DNA of 64,000 nt from Mustelus asterias (Eukaryota): the NCBI RefSeq assembly GCF_964213995.1, contig NC_135820.1, positions 5,456,001 to 5,520,000 of the forward strand. Direction: 5' to 3'. The notes beneath the pieces were generated by a model that was not told the DNA's origin, did not search any database, and saw only the letters and a list, made by a program, of their open reading frames with translations. Below are positions 1-12,261 of the stretch, piece after piece. Numbering within the stretch: the stretch's first letter is position 1; each line of letters starts with the position of its first letter. The position numbers were made by a program, and so were the translations under genes.

Positions 1-699
1 TACCGACTCTCTGACGGAGTATCTTACCCAGGCCCTCTCCCCAGCACTATCCCCGTAACCCCACATATTTACTCCGCTTATCCCCCTAACCTACACATCT
101 TTGGATACTTAGGAGCAATTTACCATGGCTAATCCACCTAACCTGCACATCTTTGGATCGTGGGAGGAAACTCGAGGAAACTCATGGGAAACCCTCATGG
201 GAATGATACTATCACAGTTGTCTTGGTGACTGGCCTGGGATGGAGAAAAAGGTCGACATTCAAGAATATCGCCAACATACAAATTAGGAGCAGGAGTAGG
301 ACATTTGGCACCTCAAGCCTGGCTCTCCATTCATTTAGTTCCTGGCTAATGTGGCTGTGCCCTCAGCCCCACTTTCCATCTTCCCCCCTTGATAATTGAT
401 GAGTGAGTGAGAATCTGTCTACCTCAGTCTGGCCCTGCCTCCACTCATCTTTGGGGAAGAAATTTCCATAGACTCACAACAACCTGAGAGAAAATAATTC
501 TCCTCATCTCCATCTGAAATAGGAATTTTCTTCAATTTTGAAATGGTGTTACCTTGTTCCAGTCTCTCTGGCAAGGGGAAGAATTATTTAAGTATCCACC
601 CAGTCAAGTCCCATTAGGAGCTTATAAGTTTTGAATATATAAATATATTGGCCATTCCTTCACTGTTGCTGTGTCAAAATCCTGGATAGAATAGTATAG

Positions 700-1048
700 A
701 ATAGAATAGAATCCCTGCTGAAGAAGGCCAAGTGGTCCATCGAGTCTGCACCATCTGTCTGCCAGAGCATCCTTCCCAGGCCCTATCCCCGTAACCCCAC
801 ATATTTACCATGTGAATACTCATAATCTACACAACTGTGGACACCAAGGAACAATTTAGCAAGGTCAATCCACGTAACCTGCACGCCTTTGGACTGTAGG
901 AGGAAACCGGAGCATCCGGAGGAAACACACGCAGACACGGGGAGAACGTACAAACTCCACGCAGACAGTCATCCAAAGCCAGAATCGAAACCGGGTCCCT
1001 GGCGCGGTGAGGCAGCAGTGATAAACACTGTGGCACCATGCTGTCCCA
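700..1048 (-). mobile_element. HE1-type V-SINE
   Basis: tRNA-like head, central TCTCCCCGTGTCTGCGTG..TTTCCTCCGG V-domain, CR1-derived tail. Confidence 0.85.
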
Positions 1049-1224
1049 CTCTTTCCCTCACAGCACTGTGGGTGTACCTACATCACATGGACTGCAGCGG
1101 TTCAAGACTGCAGCTCACCTCCATATTCTCAAAGGGCAATTCGAGATGGGCAATAAAGGCTGGGCCTTGCCAGTGATGCCCACATCCTGTAAATGAATTT
1201 TCTAAAAAATGTAACATCCCAAAC

Positions 1225-1480
1225 AGGAGGAGAAATAGGCCATTCAGCCCCTCAAGCCTGATCTGCCTCCCAACTCTTCTCAACTCCATTGGGTACAGGC
1301 CCAACCTGCTCAACCTTCCCTCATTGGGTAATCCCCGGAACCCTGGAATCAATGGAGTGAACTTTCTCCATACTGCTTCGAATGCAATTATATCCTTTTG
1401 CAAATAACGGCAAAACTGCGCACAGTACTCCAAATGTGGTCTTCCCACCCCCCACATAACTGCAGCAAAACGTCCCTTCT
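1225..1480 (-). mobile_element. CR1/HER1 LINE 3' fragment
   Basis: RPHLEYCAQF...GRLSRLGLY C-terminal ORF2 motif. Confidence 0.75.
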
Positions 1481-1681
1481 TCTATCGAAGGCTCTGACGA
1501 AGGATCATATAGACTCGGAACGTTGGCTCTATTCTCTCCTCATAGATGCTGTCAGACCTGCTGAGAATTTACAGCATTTTTCTGTTTTTGATCCCTACTT
1601 CTACATTCCATTTGCCTTCTTAATCATTTGCATATTAAGAAACATACTAACATGCTGGGGTGAGGATATTCCAGGATGTAC

Positions 1682-1945
1682 CTGGTGAGTCCAGCCGGTA
1701 CTCCCTCACACTGACACCGTGCTCATTCTGTGCCATACACAAGATCAGATTTTCAGATCCAGTTGGGTGAGTCAGTCTCAGGGAACTCTCCAGCAAGTGG
1801 GGTGCAATCTCTGAAATGTTTCTGATGATGTTTCTCCCACCGAGGTTCCATGTGATGTTTGCTGCGGGATTGGCTTTGACACGGCAGATACAGTGAACAT
1901 TCTTCAAACTGGTGCAGTTCAGATCTGATACTATTGTGGGTCTAT
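1682..1945 (-). CDS. Gene A C2-set exon 3
   Basis: 264 nt open to a possible donor CCAG|GTACAT. If unspliced it reads on GTSWNILTPAC to a TAG at 1647-1649. Confidence 0.8.
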
Positions 1946-4900
1946 CTATAGAGAAAAAAAAAGAGAGGGTTGAATTTAAGAGCCTTTCACTCATGCAGTT
2001 ATATTTTATAAATCTATCTGACTAAGGCCAGCAAGGTGGCACAGCGGTTAGCACTGCTGCCTCACAGCGCCAGAAACCCAGGTTCAATTCCGGCCCTGCC
2101 TGTCTGTCTGTGCGGAATCTGCACATTTCTCCCCGTGTCTGTGTGGGTATCCTCCAAGTGCTCCAGTTTCCTCCCACACTCCAAGGATGTGTGGGTTAGG
2201 TGGATTGGCCATGCTCAATTGCCATTTAGTGTTCGGGGGATTAGAAGGGTGAAAATATGGGGGTTATAGGGATGGGTGGGATAGTTGTCAGTGCAGACTT
2301 GATGGGCCCAATGGCCTCCTTCTGCACTGTAGGGATCCTATGATTCTATGAACTTATGCTAACGACCAACCAACTGTAATGAAAGGGTTGTCACTGACAA
2401 TATTTTACCCTTTTAATTAAAAACACTAATCAAAGATAAATTAATGAGGGGGTTGCATGGAGGGGTGAGAGAGACTCTGAGGGTGGTGAGGGCACTGTGA
2501 CAAAAAATCAATACATTAAAATCAAATTAAAACCTCCACCCCAGGGGTGATGATGCACCCAGCCCTAACGGTGCCAACTGGTCACAGAAACAATCATTTA
2601 TATATTGACAGGGGCATAACTAAACATCACTGCCGGAATGTTATGACCTCACTCGGGCGAGCGGGTAAAATCCCGCCCGAGGTCAATGGAGAATTCCATT
2701 CTGCGAGCTTCGCCCACCCCGATTCCGGGACCGGCAGGGTGGGAAAATTCCAGCCCACAAATCACTCCAGAGGCATATTAATCAACAGAAGTTAAGACCA
2801 ATCACATCAGGAGATTTCTTTTAGACAAACACAAACAGGGTAAGGGCCTGATTTTAAGCGGTATCTCAAAGGAGGAGAGTAGCTCAAGAGAATGTCAAGG
2901 ATTGGGGAATTTAAAACATTCGCGCCCAAGGAGCCGGCAAAGTCCTCGCCGGAAATGATCTCGTCGTCAAAGTCTGGGGTGTACAAGAGACCCAGAGGTC
3001 AGGGAGGGTGGAGACTCAGAGGTTTCTGGAGCTGTGGGAGGTTATAGAGATACGGAGGGAAGAGTTCATGGAGAGATTTAAAATCGAGACAGTTATTTCT
3101 AATCAAAAGATAAGACTTTGCTGGACTGGGCACCCCATGAGTTTAACATGAATCAATCACATTAAACCGGTTAATGGCTTAACAGAGTGGCCATTTTCCT
3201 AATCTGTAATAAATCAGTAAGACAGTTGTAAGTTTACAATGAGCAGTGAGATAAACTGTCCTGGAGGTGATGGACTATCGCTGGGATACAGATTCTGAAT
3301 AATCCCAGACTCGCTCCGGGAATCTGTCAGTTCTGAGCAACACCTCAGCAGCATTCAATCAGGTTACTCTCTCGAACATCAGGGCCCAGCCAGGGGAATC
3401 TCAAAAAGCCTCATGTGTTAACTGCAGGAATCGGCTGAGTTCCCACACAATCCCACCCCTCCGGGAACAAATTGCTGCCTCTGTACTTGCCTCACATCCC
3501 ATCATTTGGCTGACACTCAATCTGAAATACATTTCCAAGAACCGGGTTGGGTTATTCCATCAGTTGGTCCACTTTCTCCAATTTCACTGACCTTTCTGGG
3601 AATATTCCTGACACTGGCCCCTGTGGTAATTGTGTGTTTACATTGGGGAACAACACACCCGTTACAATTCATGGGAGTGACATTATTGATGTCCCTGTGT
3701 GTATCTGAAGGGTCCCACTCATCACTTACACTGCACGGAGATGTGTGTGGAACTCCTGGCGGTGCCCAGATTATTTGCAGCCTCGCACCAATATTCCCCT
3801 TCATCTTCAGAACTCACATTGTGAATGAAGAGCTTCAGCTCCGCGGCGCGAGAGTTGCTGATCTCTACCCCACGTCGACTCAATGTTAAATTGACTGGGG
3901 GTATCCCCGAAGCTTTGCAACACAATAAGAATGAACTTCCTTCCACTGATACTATAGAGGAATTGAAGATTGGTTTGCAAGGCGCACCTGAAACACACAG
4001 GTTCGTTGGTGCTATAAGAAAATGAAGATTAAAATTTTAAAAAACAAGAAAATAAGAATATCTTCTAGATATGGTGTTTAATTTGTTAAATAAACTGGAA
4101 AAATATTGGTGTCTAATTGCTTAAGCATAAGTTAAACTTAAACATCTATTCAATCGGCATCTTCACTTCAGTTCGTTGTCTAGTTACCTGACTGAACTTC
4201 TAATCAATAAACCTTTCAACCCAGAGACCATTCTTCCCAGATTGAGGATTCTTAACTTTCCCAATGGCATTGAACTCAGTTTTAGCATCAAGACCAACAC
4301 CCCAGCAGCTCCACACAGAAACTAATGATCATTTGATTTTCTGACTTACACGATATCAGCGATTAATCAAGCTGTGGGATAATAGTGGTGGCACAGTGGT
4401 TAGCACTGCTACCTCACAGCACCAGGGACACTGGTTCGATTCCTGGCTTGGGTCACTGTCTGTGCGGAGTTCGCACGTTCTCCCCATGTCTGCATGGGTT
4501 TCCTCTGGGTGCTCTGGTTTCCTCCCACAGTCTGAAAGACATGCTGGTTAGGGGCATTGGCCATGCTAAATTCTCCCTTAGTATACCCGAACAGGTGTCG
4601 GAGTGTGGCGACTAGGGGATTTTCACACTAACCTCATTGCAGTGTTAATGTCAGCCCACTTGTGACACAAATAAATTAACTCAAACGTAAGGAACAAACA
4701 TCCATTAGCCACACATGTCACTCCATGTGTCAGCGACAATGTTAAATAATATAATGGACCAGTAATGGCTGAGAGTTTGATTGATAGACAATGGGGAGAA
4801 GTGACCTCCAGCCCTTACAAATAGATCATGGCGGCTCAGAATTTTAGTGGCGGCTGATATCATAATACTTCATCTCCACCTAGTCATCGAGGTTTACAGT

Positions 4901-7900
4901 ATGGAAGCAGGCCCTTTGGCCCAACATGCCCATGCTGCCCAGTTTTTAACCACTAAGCTATTCCCAATTGCTCACATTTGGCCCATGTTCCTCTCTACCC
5001 ATCTTACCCAAGTAACTGTCCAAATGCTTTTTAAAAGAATAAATTGTACCAGTCTCTACTACTACCTCTGGCAGCTTGTTCCAGACACTCACCACCCTCT
5101 GTGTGAAAAAATTGCCGCACTGGACACTTTTGTAACTCTCCCCATCGCCTTAAAACTTTGCCCTCTAGTTTTAGACTCCCCTGCCTTTGGGAAAAGATGT
5201 TGACTATCTAACGCATCTATGCCCCTCATTATTTTCTAGACTTTCATAAAATCACACCTAAGCCTCTTTCGCTCCAGGGAAAAAAGTCCCAGTCTATCCA
5301 GCTCTCCTTATACCTCAAACTATCAAGTCCCGATAGCATCATGGTTAATCTTTTCTGCACTCTTTCTCATTTAATAGTATTTTTTCCATAATAAAGTGAC
5401 CAGAACTGTAAACAGTATTCCAAGTGTGGCCTTACCAATGCCTTGTACAACTTCAACAAGACGTCACAACTTAAAAATGAAATCTCGCAATCTCAGTTTT
5501 ACAAATGTTCAGTTTTCCAGGCGAGACTCAGACAGATTCTGATATGATTTACCGTCAGGGTGATTGAATAAATCCCAGCGCAGATACCGACACTGCACAT
5601 CCAGTCTCAGAGATTCTTGGACAGTTGTCTGCCCATCGCCACTGATGAGTTTACAGGTCAGGGATTCCCCATGCTGATCCAGTGATGGGGTGAAGGAGAA
5701 AGTTGATGAAACCGTCCAGGAATCCTCCAAACTGTTCCTGGTGTGTTGTGAAGTTAGAGCGCCCGGCAGAAAGGGAGATTCTTCTTCAATCCACTCCAGA
5801 TTAAACTCCGGAACTGAACAACTCTGGGTGAGTGAGCAGGTGAACCGGGCTGGTTTTCCAGCTATCAACTGTCCCAGGACTGAGATATGCAGTTTCTCTG
5901 TCAGGAACAGAGGAAATTCGAGTTACCCAAGATTGCAATTTACAAAACCGAATAAGAGGAGAGCAAAGTCCGAGAAATAATCACATTAATAAATCGATTA
6001 TCTGATTATTGTCTCTGTTATCGGCTGCAGGTTAAAATCCCTAAGTTCCCCCGAGTCAATCGGAACACACTTGTGTTCATTCTGTTAATAATCTGCCCCC
6101 TTCTTTCTGAAGAATTGACCAATGACCTATGAATGTATCACATTATTTGTCAGAAGTGTCTCTGGATGCCCTGGTCCTGACCAGACAGGGTAATAATTAA
6201 CGGGGAAACTGGATAAAATAGAAAGACAACCTTCTCCCTTTGAACCCAATTTGTTAAACACCAGCCTGTTTACTCGACCTGGGAATTATATTTCCCCTCA
6301 TTCAGTTTCTTGTCCTTGCCTTGGAAACATTTTATTAACGTTGAATTCTGTTTTCTGAGGGAGGTTTGGACATTATCAAAGGAGTTTTCACTCCTTTGGG
6401 GAAATGTACTGAAGAGAGGTGGCAGTTTTTCAAGGAATGTCTGTCTAGAGTTCTACAGGACAATGTTCCGAGCAGACAGAGAGGTGTTGGTCGGTTAAAG
6501 GAACCGTGGTGCACGAAAGCTGTGCAGGACCGAGTCGAGAAGAAAGGGAAAGCGTACAAAAGGCGCAGAGAGCTTGGCGAAGATAGGGATTTAGAAGAGT
6601 ATACGGCTTGTAGGAAGGGACTAAAGAAGGAAATTAGGACAGCCAGAAGGAGTCACGAGAAGGCCCTGGCAGGTAGGATTAAGGAGAACCATAAGGCGTT
6701 CTATAAATATGTGAAGAGTAAAAGGATGAGACATGACGGAATAGGACCTATAAAAGGTGAAGGCGGGAAAGTCTGTACGGAACCAGTAGAAATGGCAGAG
6801 GTGCTCAATGAGTATTTTGCCTCGGATTTCACAGAGGAGAAGGACCTGGGTGGATGTACTGCGGGCATGCGGTGGACTGAAAGGATTGAGTATGTGGACT
6901 TTAAGAAAGAGGTTGTGCTGGAATCTTTGAAAGGCATCAAGATAGATAAGTCGCCGGGTCCGGATGGGATGTACCCCAGGTTACTGTGGGAGGCAAGGGA
7001 AGAGATTGCAGAGCCTCTGGCGATGATCTTTGCATCGTCGATGGAGATGGGAGAGGTGCCAGAGGATTGGAGGATTGCGGATGTGGTTACTATTTTCAAG
7101 AAGGGGAATAGGGATAGCCCAGGTAATTACCGACCGGTGAGTCTAACCTCAGTGGTTGGTAAACTGATGGAGAAGATCCTGAGGGACAGGATATATGAGC
7201 ATTTAGAGAGGTTTAGTATGCCCAAGAATACTCAGCATGGCTTTGTCAAAGGCAGATCGTGCCTTACGAGCCTGGTGGAATTCTTCGAAAATGTGACTAA
7301 ACACATTGACGAAGGGAAAGCGGTAGATGTGGTTTATATGGATTTTAGCAAGGCGTTCGATAAGGTCCCCCATGCAAGGCTTCTCAAAAAAGTGAGAGGG
7401 CATGGGATCCAGGGGCCTGCTGCCCGGTGGATCCAGAACTGGCTTGCCCAAAGGAGGCAGAGAGTGGGTATAGATTTGTCTTTTTCGAAATGGAGGTCGG
7501 TCACCAGCGGTGTGCCCCAGGGATCTGTTCTGGGACCCTTGCTGTTTGTCATTTTCATAAATGACCTCAATGAGGAAGCAAAGGGATGGGTTGGTAAGTT
7601 TGCCGATGACACGAAGGTTGGTGGGGTTGTGGACAATCTGGAGGGATGTCAGAAGTTACAGAGGGACATAGATAGGATGCAAGACTGGGCGGACAAGTGG
7701 CAGATGGACTTCAACCCAGATAAATGCGTCGTGGTCCATTTTGGTAGGACAAATGGGATGAAGGAGTACAATATACAGGGAAAGACTCTTTGTACGGTAG
7801 ACGATCAGAAGGACTTGGGGTCCGGGTCCATAGGACTCTGAAATCGGCCCCGCAGGTGGAGGAGGTGGTTAAGAAGGCGTATGGTGTGCTGGCCTTTATC

Positions 7901-10016
7901 AATCGAGGGATTGAGTTTCGGAGTCCAGGGATAATGATGCAGCTATATAAGACCCTAATCAGACCCCACTTGGAGTACTGTGCTCAGTTCTGGTCGCCTC
8001 ACTATAGGAAGGATGTGGAAAAGATTGAAAGGGTGCAGAGGAGATTTACAAGGATGTTGCCTGGATTGAGTGGCATGCCTTATGAGGATAGGCTGAGGGA
8101 GCTCAGTCTTTTCTCCTTGGAGAGACGAAGGATGAGAGGAGACCTAATAGAGGTGTATAAGATGTTGAGAGGCATAGATCGGGTGGACTCAGGGTGGAAA
8201 TGTCTGCTACGAGAGGACACAGGTTTAAGGTGCTGGGGGATAGGTACTGGGGAGATGTTAGGGTTAAGTTTTTCACACAGAGGGTGGTGGGCGAGTGGAA
8301 TCGGCTGCCGTCAGTGGTGGTGGAGGCGAACTCAGTGGGGTCTTTTAAGAGACCCCTGGATGAGTACATGGAGCTTAATAGGATGGAGGGTTATAGGTAG
8401 GTCTAGAAGGTAGGGATGTGTTCGGCACAACTTGTGGGCCGAAGGGCCTGTTTGTGCTGTAGTTTTTCTATGTTTCTATGTTTCCACACTGGATAATAAC
8501 ATTTTCTAAGGCATAAACATTCAGTGGGATCTCCCAGATAACCAGTCTTCAAAGCAAAGTTCTGACCTTAAGTTTTTTTGATGTTGTAAATTAATGGTTC
8601 CACTTTGCATTCGATGGTAACACTTTTGCGCACATTCAAAACCAATGAGATCTCCAAGGTAACATGCCTTTATCATAAAGTTAGGGCTCAGGTTGTGGGA
8701 CTCTCCTTGCCGGCTGAAAATTGGGTTCAAATCCCACTGCCGAGAATACATTAGGGCAGTGACACTTTATTAGTGATGAATCTGTTTGGGACGACCTCAG
8801 CTCATGAAAGGCGCTATTTAAATGCAGGACGCACTCCTGCCTTCATTAAACGGAGGGGTATTAACGACGGGATTCCTCCCATGTACTGACCGTGTGTCCC
8901 TCCATCCATTCAGAGTGTGAATCTACACTCAATGTTCAGTCTCGATTAAGGATTGTTTTTTGTTGTTGTTCTGTATAGTTCATTTTCCCAAATTACATTT
9001 AGTAAGTGGACAGCGGGGGGAATTTCTGCGGGTTTGGGATGTCAGTAACCTGTTTGAGTTCAGGTCAATAACATCACACACACCTGGATATGGTACACTG
9101 TACCACCTTGGAGTCGAAGCCTTTAACATTCGCCAATAGTAACAGCACACAATAACACCCTGCTCACTGAGAAAGCGGAATATAAACTCCTCACAAATGA
9201 ATGGAAAACCTACCCAGAATTGAGAGAGAGACAGGAATTTTCTGAAGGTGATTTTCGGCACTATTCCAGGGACTGGTCATCTTCACTCTGATGTAATAAT
9301 CCCCTTCATCTCCGCTCCTGATGTCCTTTATCAATAAGGAGAACTGTTTCTTTGCCACCTTTCCCTTCAGCTCAATTCTCCCTCTATATCCCGGGGCTGC
9401 TCTCCCCGGCTCTGCGGAATCATAGATAACAGAAACCCCAGGAGTACGAGGATCAGAACCCCCCTTCAGCCACAGAATCCGTGGATTGCTGTATGTGTCG
9501 GGATAATCAAATGTACACGGGATTTCTGCACACGAGCCTCTCACAGCCGTCACATTCCAGGGAATCCTCACAGACCATCGGGAACTATGGAGAACTGATA
9601 AACAAATATCCATTTCATTAATAATGAGCTGGCCAATGATAAACCGAATAAAATAATCCCAAAATTACAGCTCGCCACTGTTACATTTCCCTTGAAGCAT
9701 CCACTGTTATATATACATCGCCAACAATTACAACTCTGCAAGTTCCCATTGAAACGATTCAAATTTTAGTAAATATTTCATTCAAACACATTGAAGTCAG
9801 AATTCTGTCAATTCAGTAAAATACAGAATAGAATTTCCAATATGAGATGCATTACAGCCTCAACATTAAATACAAATTTTTAATTAACCATTCTTATCTC
9901 TGGACTTCATGAATATTTTATTTTATTCACCAGACGGATACACCCTCAATCGGAAATTATTAAAAGAATCTTGTACCTTGGATAAACATCAGGATGAGGG
10001 GAACACACTTCATCAT
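1682..10016 (-). CDS. Gene A: Siglec-like ectodomain (leader-V-C2-C2-C2), open reading frame, 3' part not identified in the window
   Basis: Exons 9977-10016, 9214-9594, 5592-5897, 3730-3987 and 1682-1945 are all phase 1 and open, and are a near-identical inverted copy of gene B exons 1-5. No TM exon was found in 1-1680. Confidence 0.75.
2028..2350 (+). mobile_element. HE1-type V-SINE (inverted paralog 51168-51487)
   Basis: A/B boxes, V-domain and TTCTATG tail. Confidence 0.88.
2631..2757. mobile_element. Possible MITE-like element (paralog about 50772-50897, related pieces about 52357-52482 and 52793-52932)
   Basis: GC-rich insert absent from the paralogous intron near 17700, bounded by imperfect inverted termini GCCGG(A/G)ATTTT...AAAATTCCAGC. 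Confidence 0.4.
3730..3987 (-). CDS. Gene A C2-set exon 2
   Basis: 258 nt open, TTTCAG| and |GTAAGT. Confidence 0.85.
4385..4676 (+). mobile_element. V-SINE variant with a different 3' tail (inverted paralog 48858-49150)
   Basis: Same head and V-domain, but ends GGCGACTAGGGGATTTTCAC...AATAAA. Confidence 0.8.
4881..5470 (-). mobile_element. Old CR1/HER1 3' fragment duplicated with the gene (also + at about 17020-17448, 33090-33517, 46805-47392)
   Basis: LYKTLVRPHLEYC...QRVVSVWN motif at the same position downstream of C2 exon 1 in four copies. Confidence 0.85.
5592..5897 (-). CDS. Gene A C2-set exon 1
   Basis: 306 nt open. The donor is T|GTCGGT, weaker than GTAGGT in gene B. Confidence 0.82.
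6395..8482 (+). mobile_element. 5'-truncated CR1/HER1 LINE, specific to gene A intron 2
   Basis: RT motifs (KSPGPDG, YRPVSLTS, DFSKAFD, GVPQGSVLGP, FADD), a frameshift near 7820 and a (TTCTATG)n tail. The paralogous site near 41700 is empty. Confidence 0.95.
9214..9594 (-). CDS. Gene A V-set exon V1 (open, E-strand Cys replaced by Phe)
   Basis: 381 nt with intact splice sites. YYIRV is kept, but KQFSLL replaces KQCSLL. Confidence 0.85.
9977..10016 (-). CDS. Gene A leader exon L1
   Basis: MMKCVPLILMFIQ + G|GTACAA, same as L6. Confidence 0.78.
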
Positions 10017-10794
10017 AATCATCACTACAGAAGGTTCACCATTGTAGGAAGGAACTGATTTCAGATTAAAACCTGGTGCTGAATTCCAGACGCTGCTAAT
10101 CGATTGCTGATCGATTACAATGGAATCGGAGCTGCTGGGCACCCCCTCATTGGGAATCGATTTAACCTCGCACAGTTTGGCAATCTCACTCCCTCTCAGC
10201 GACCGCCACTAGCTGTCTCAGACAGCGACAGCATGGAGCTGGGCAGTAATGTGTTACTCACACAGTTAGTGGGTGCAATGGTGCCAAACTAGTGACAAAG
10301 GCTCACCAACTGATAATGAACCCTTCATTGTGATCGGCTGTTCAGATAACAGGACAGGAACAAACATTTTAGACTGGAAAACCAAAAATAGCCCAGCAGC
10401 GCACAAGCTTCAGCCCGCTGTCTCACACATCTTTCTCTACTTTTCAGTCAGTACGCTCTGAATGTGATGTTGTGGTTATTTCTGTAACCGCTGCTTGCAA
10501 ATAAGTCGCTTCGCACCTTCAAACTTTTGCGCCAAAACATGTATCTTAAACGTCAATGGGACGTAAGCATTTTCTCGCACTAAATACTCGGAAAGACCAT
10601 GAGAGGGGAGGCTATTGTAGAGTGGTATTGTCACTAGTGGTACTGTCACTCACCATCTGACTTGGAAATACAGTCACCAAAGGCCAGAACAATGCTCTAT
10701 TCGAATCCCACCACAGATTCAATAAACTCTGGAACTAAAAATCTAATGACCATGAAACCATTGTTGAAACGTCCTGTCGGGGAGGAAATGTCCC

Positions 10795-11240
10795 ACAACA
10801 CCAGGTTAAAGTCCAACAGGTTTATTTGGTAGCAAATATCATAAGCTTTCGGAGCGATGCCCCTTCGTCAGATGGAGTAGTTATCTGTTCTCCAACAGTA
10901 CACAGACACAGAAATCAAGTTACAGAATACTAATTAGAATGCAAATCTCTACAGCCAGCCAGGTCTTAAAAGGTACAGATAATGTGGGTTCCCTCCACCC
11001 ACATTATCTGTACCTTTTAAGACCTAGCTGGCTGTAGAGATTTGCATTCTAATTAGTATTTTGTAACTTGATTTCTGTGTCTGTGTACTGTTGGAGAACA
11101 GATAACTACTCCATCTGACGACAGGGGATCGCTCCGAAAGCTTATGGTATTTGCTACCAAATAAACCTGTTGGACTTTAACCTGGTGTTGTGAGACTTCT
11201 TACTGTGCTTACCCTAGTCCAACGCCGGCATCTCCACATC
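10795..11240. mobile_element. Penelope-like element family 1, hairpin insertion
   Basis: Inverted arms of about 195 bp centred near 10990, 3' tail CCGGCATCTCCACATC, hammerhead motif in each arm. Confidence 0.8.
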
Positions 11241-12261
11241 GGGAAGGAACTGTGCCACCCTTACCAGGCCTGGCTTACATCTGGCTCCAGACCCACAACA
11301 CCAATGGAATTGACTCTTAACCGTCCCCCTCAAATGCCTTTAGCAAACTTAACCCCCAAAATAAAGCACAAGTCAATGTCCTTTAGGGAAGGAAATTTGC
11401 CGTCCTTACCTGGTCTGGCCTACATGTGACTCCAGAGCCACGGCAATGTGGTTGACTCTCAACTGCCCTCAGTCAATTGGGGATGGGCACTAAATGCTGG
11501 CCAACCAGTGTCGCCCATGTCCCATGAAGGAATGAAAATAAAATAGTTCCAGAACCAACAATGGGATCTGGAGAAAAAACAATTTGAAGAGGATTATTGT
11601 ACGGCTGGGATTAATTGGACTGAATTTCATTTTGTCAAATGTTAGAATTAACACATGAGGTCACATCGAAAAGTAGCAGATTAACTGCGGAAAAGTATTT
11701 GCTGAGAAAATGCTTACGTCCCATTGACGTTTAAGATACATGTTTTGGCGCCAAAGTTTGAAGGTGCGAAGGCCACTTATTTACAAGCAGCGGTTACAGA
11801 AATAACCACAACATCACATTCAGAGCGCATTGACTGAAAAGTAGAGAAAGATGTGTGAGATAGCGGGCAGAAGCTTGTGTGCTGGGCTATTTCTGGTTTT
11901 CCAGTCTAAAATGTTTGTTCCTGTCCTGTTATCTGAACAGCCGATCACAATGAAGAGTTCATTCTCAGTTGGTGAGCCTTTGTCACTAGTTTGGCACCAT
12001 TGCACCCACTAACTGTGTGAGTAACACATTACTGCCCAGCTCCATGCTGTCGCTATGTGAGACAGCTAGTGGCGGTCACTGAGAGAGAGTGAGATTGTCA
12101 AACTGTGCGAGGTTAAATCGATTCCCAATGAGGCGGTGCCCAGCAGCTCCGATTCCATTGTAATCGATCAGCGATCGATTAGCAGCGACTGGAATTCAGC
12201 ACCAAGTTTTAATCTGAAATCAGTTCCTTCCTACAATGGTGAACCTTCTGTAGTGATGATT

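Larger units (their letters stand above)
1670..10510. repeat. Left arm of an outer inverted segmental duplication (partner about 43897-51867)
   Basis: Exons, introns and shared SINE/LINE fragments match in reverse complement (e.g. 2030-3720 vs 49810-51490), apart from arm-specific LINE insertions. Confidence 0.9.

Noticed and set aside
6701-7636. ORFs antisense to LINE ORF2 and ORFs inside SINEs (e.g. MVAQWLALL...)
   Set aside because: These are shadow frames of repeats with no independent coding evidence.
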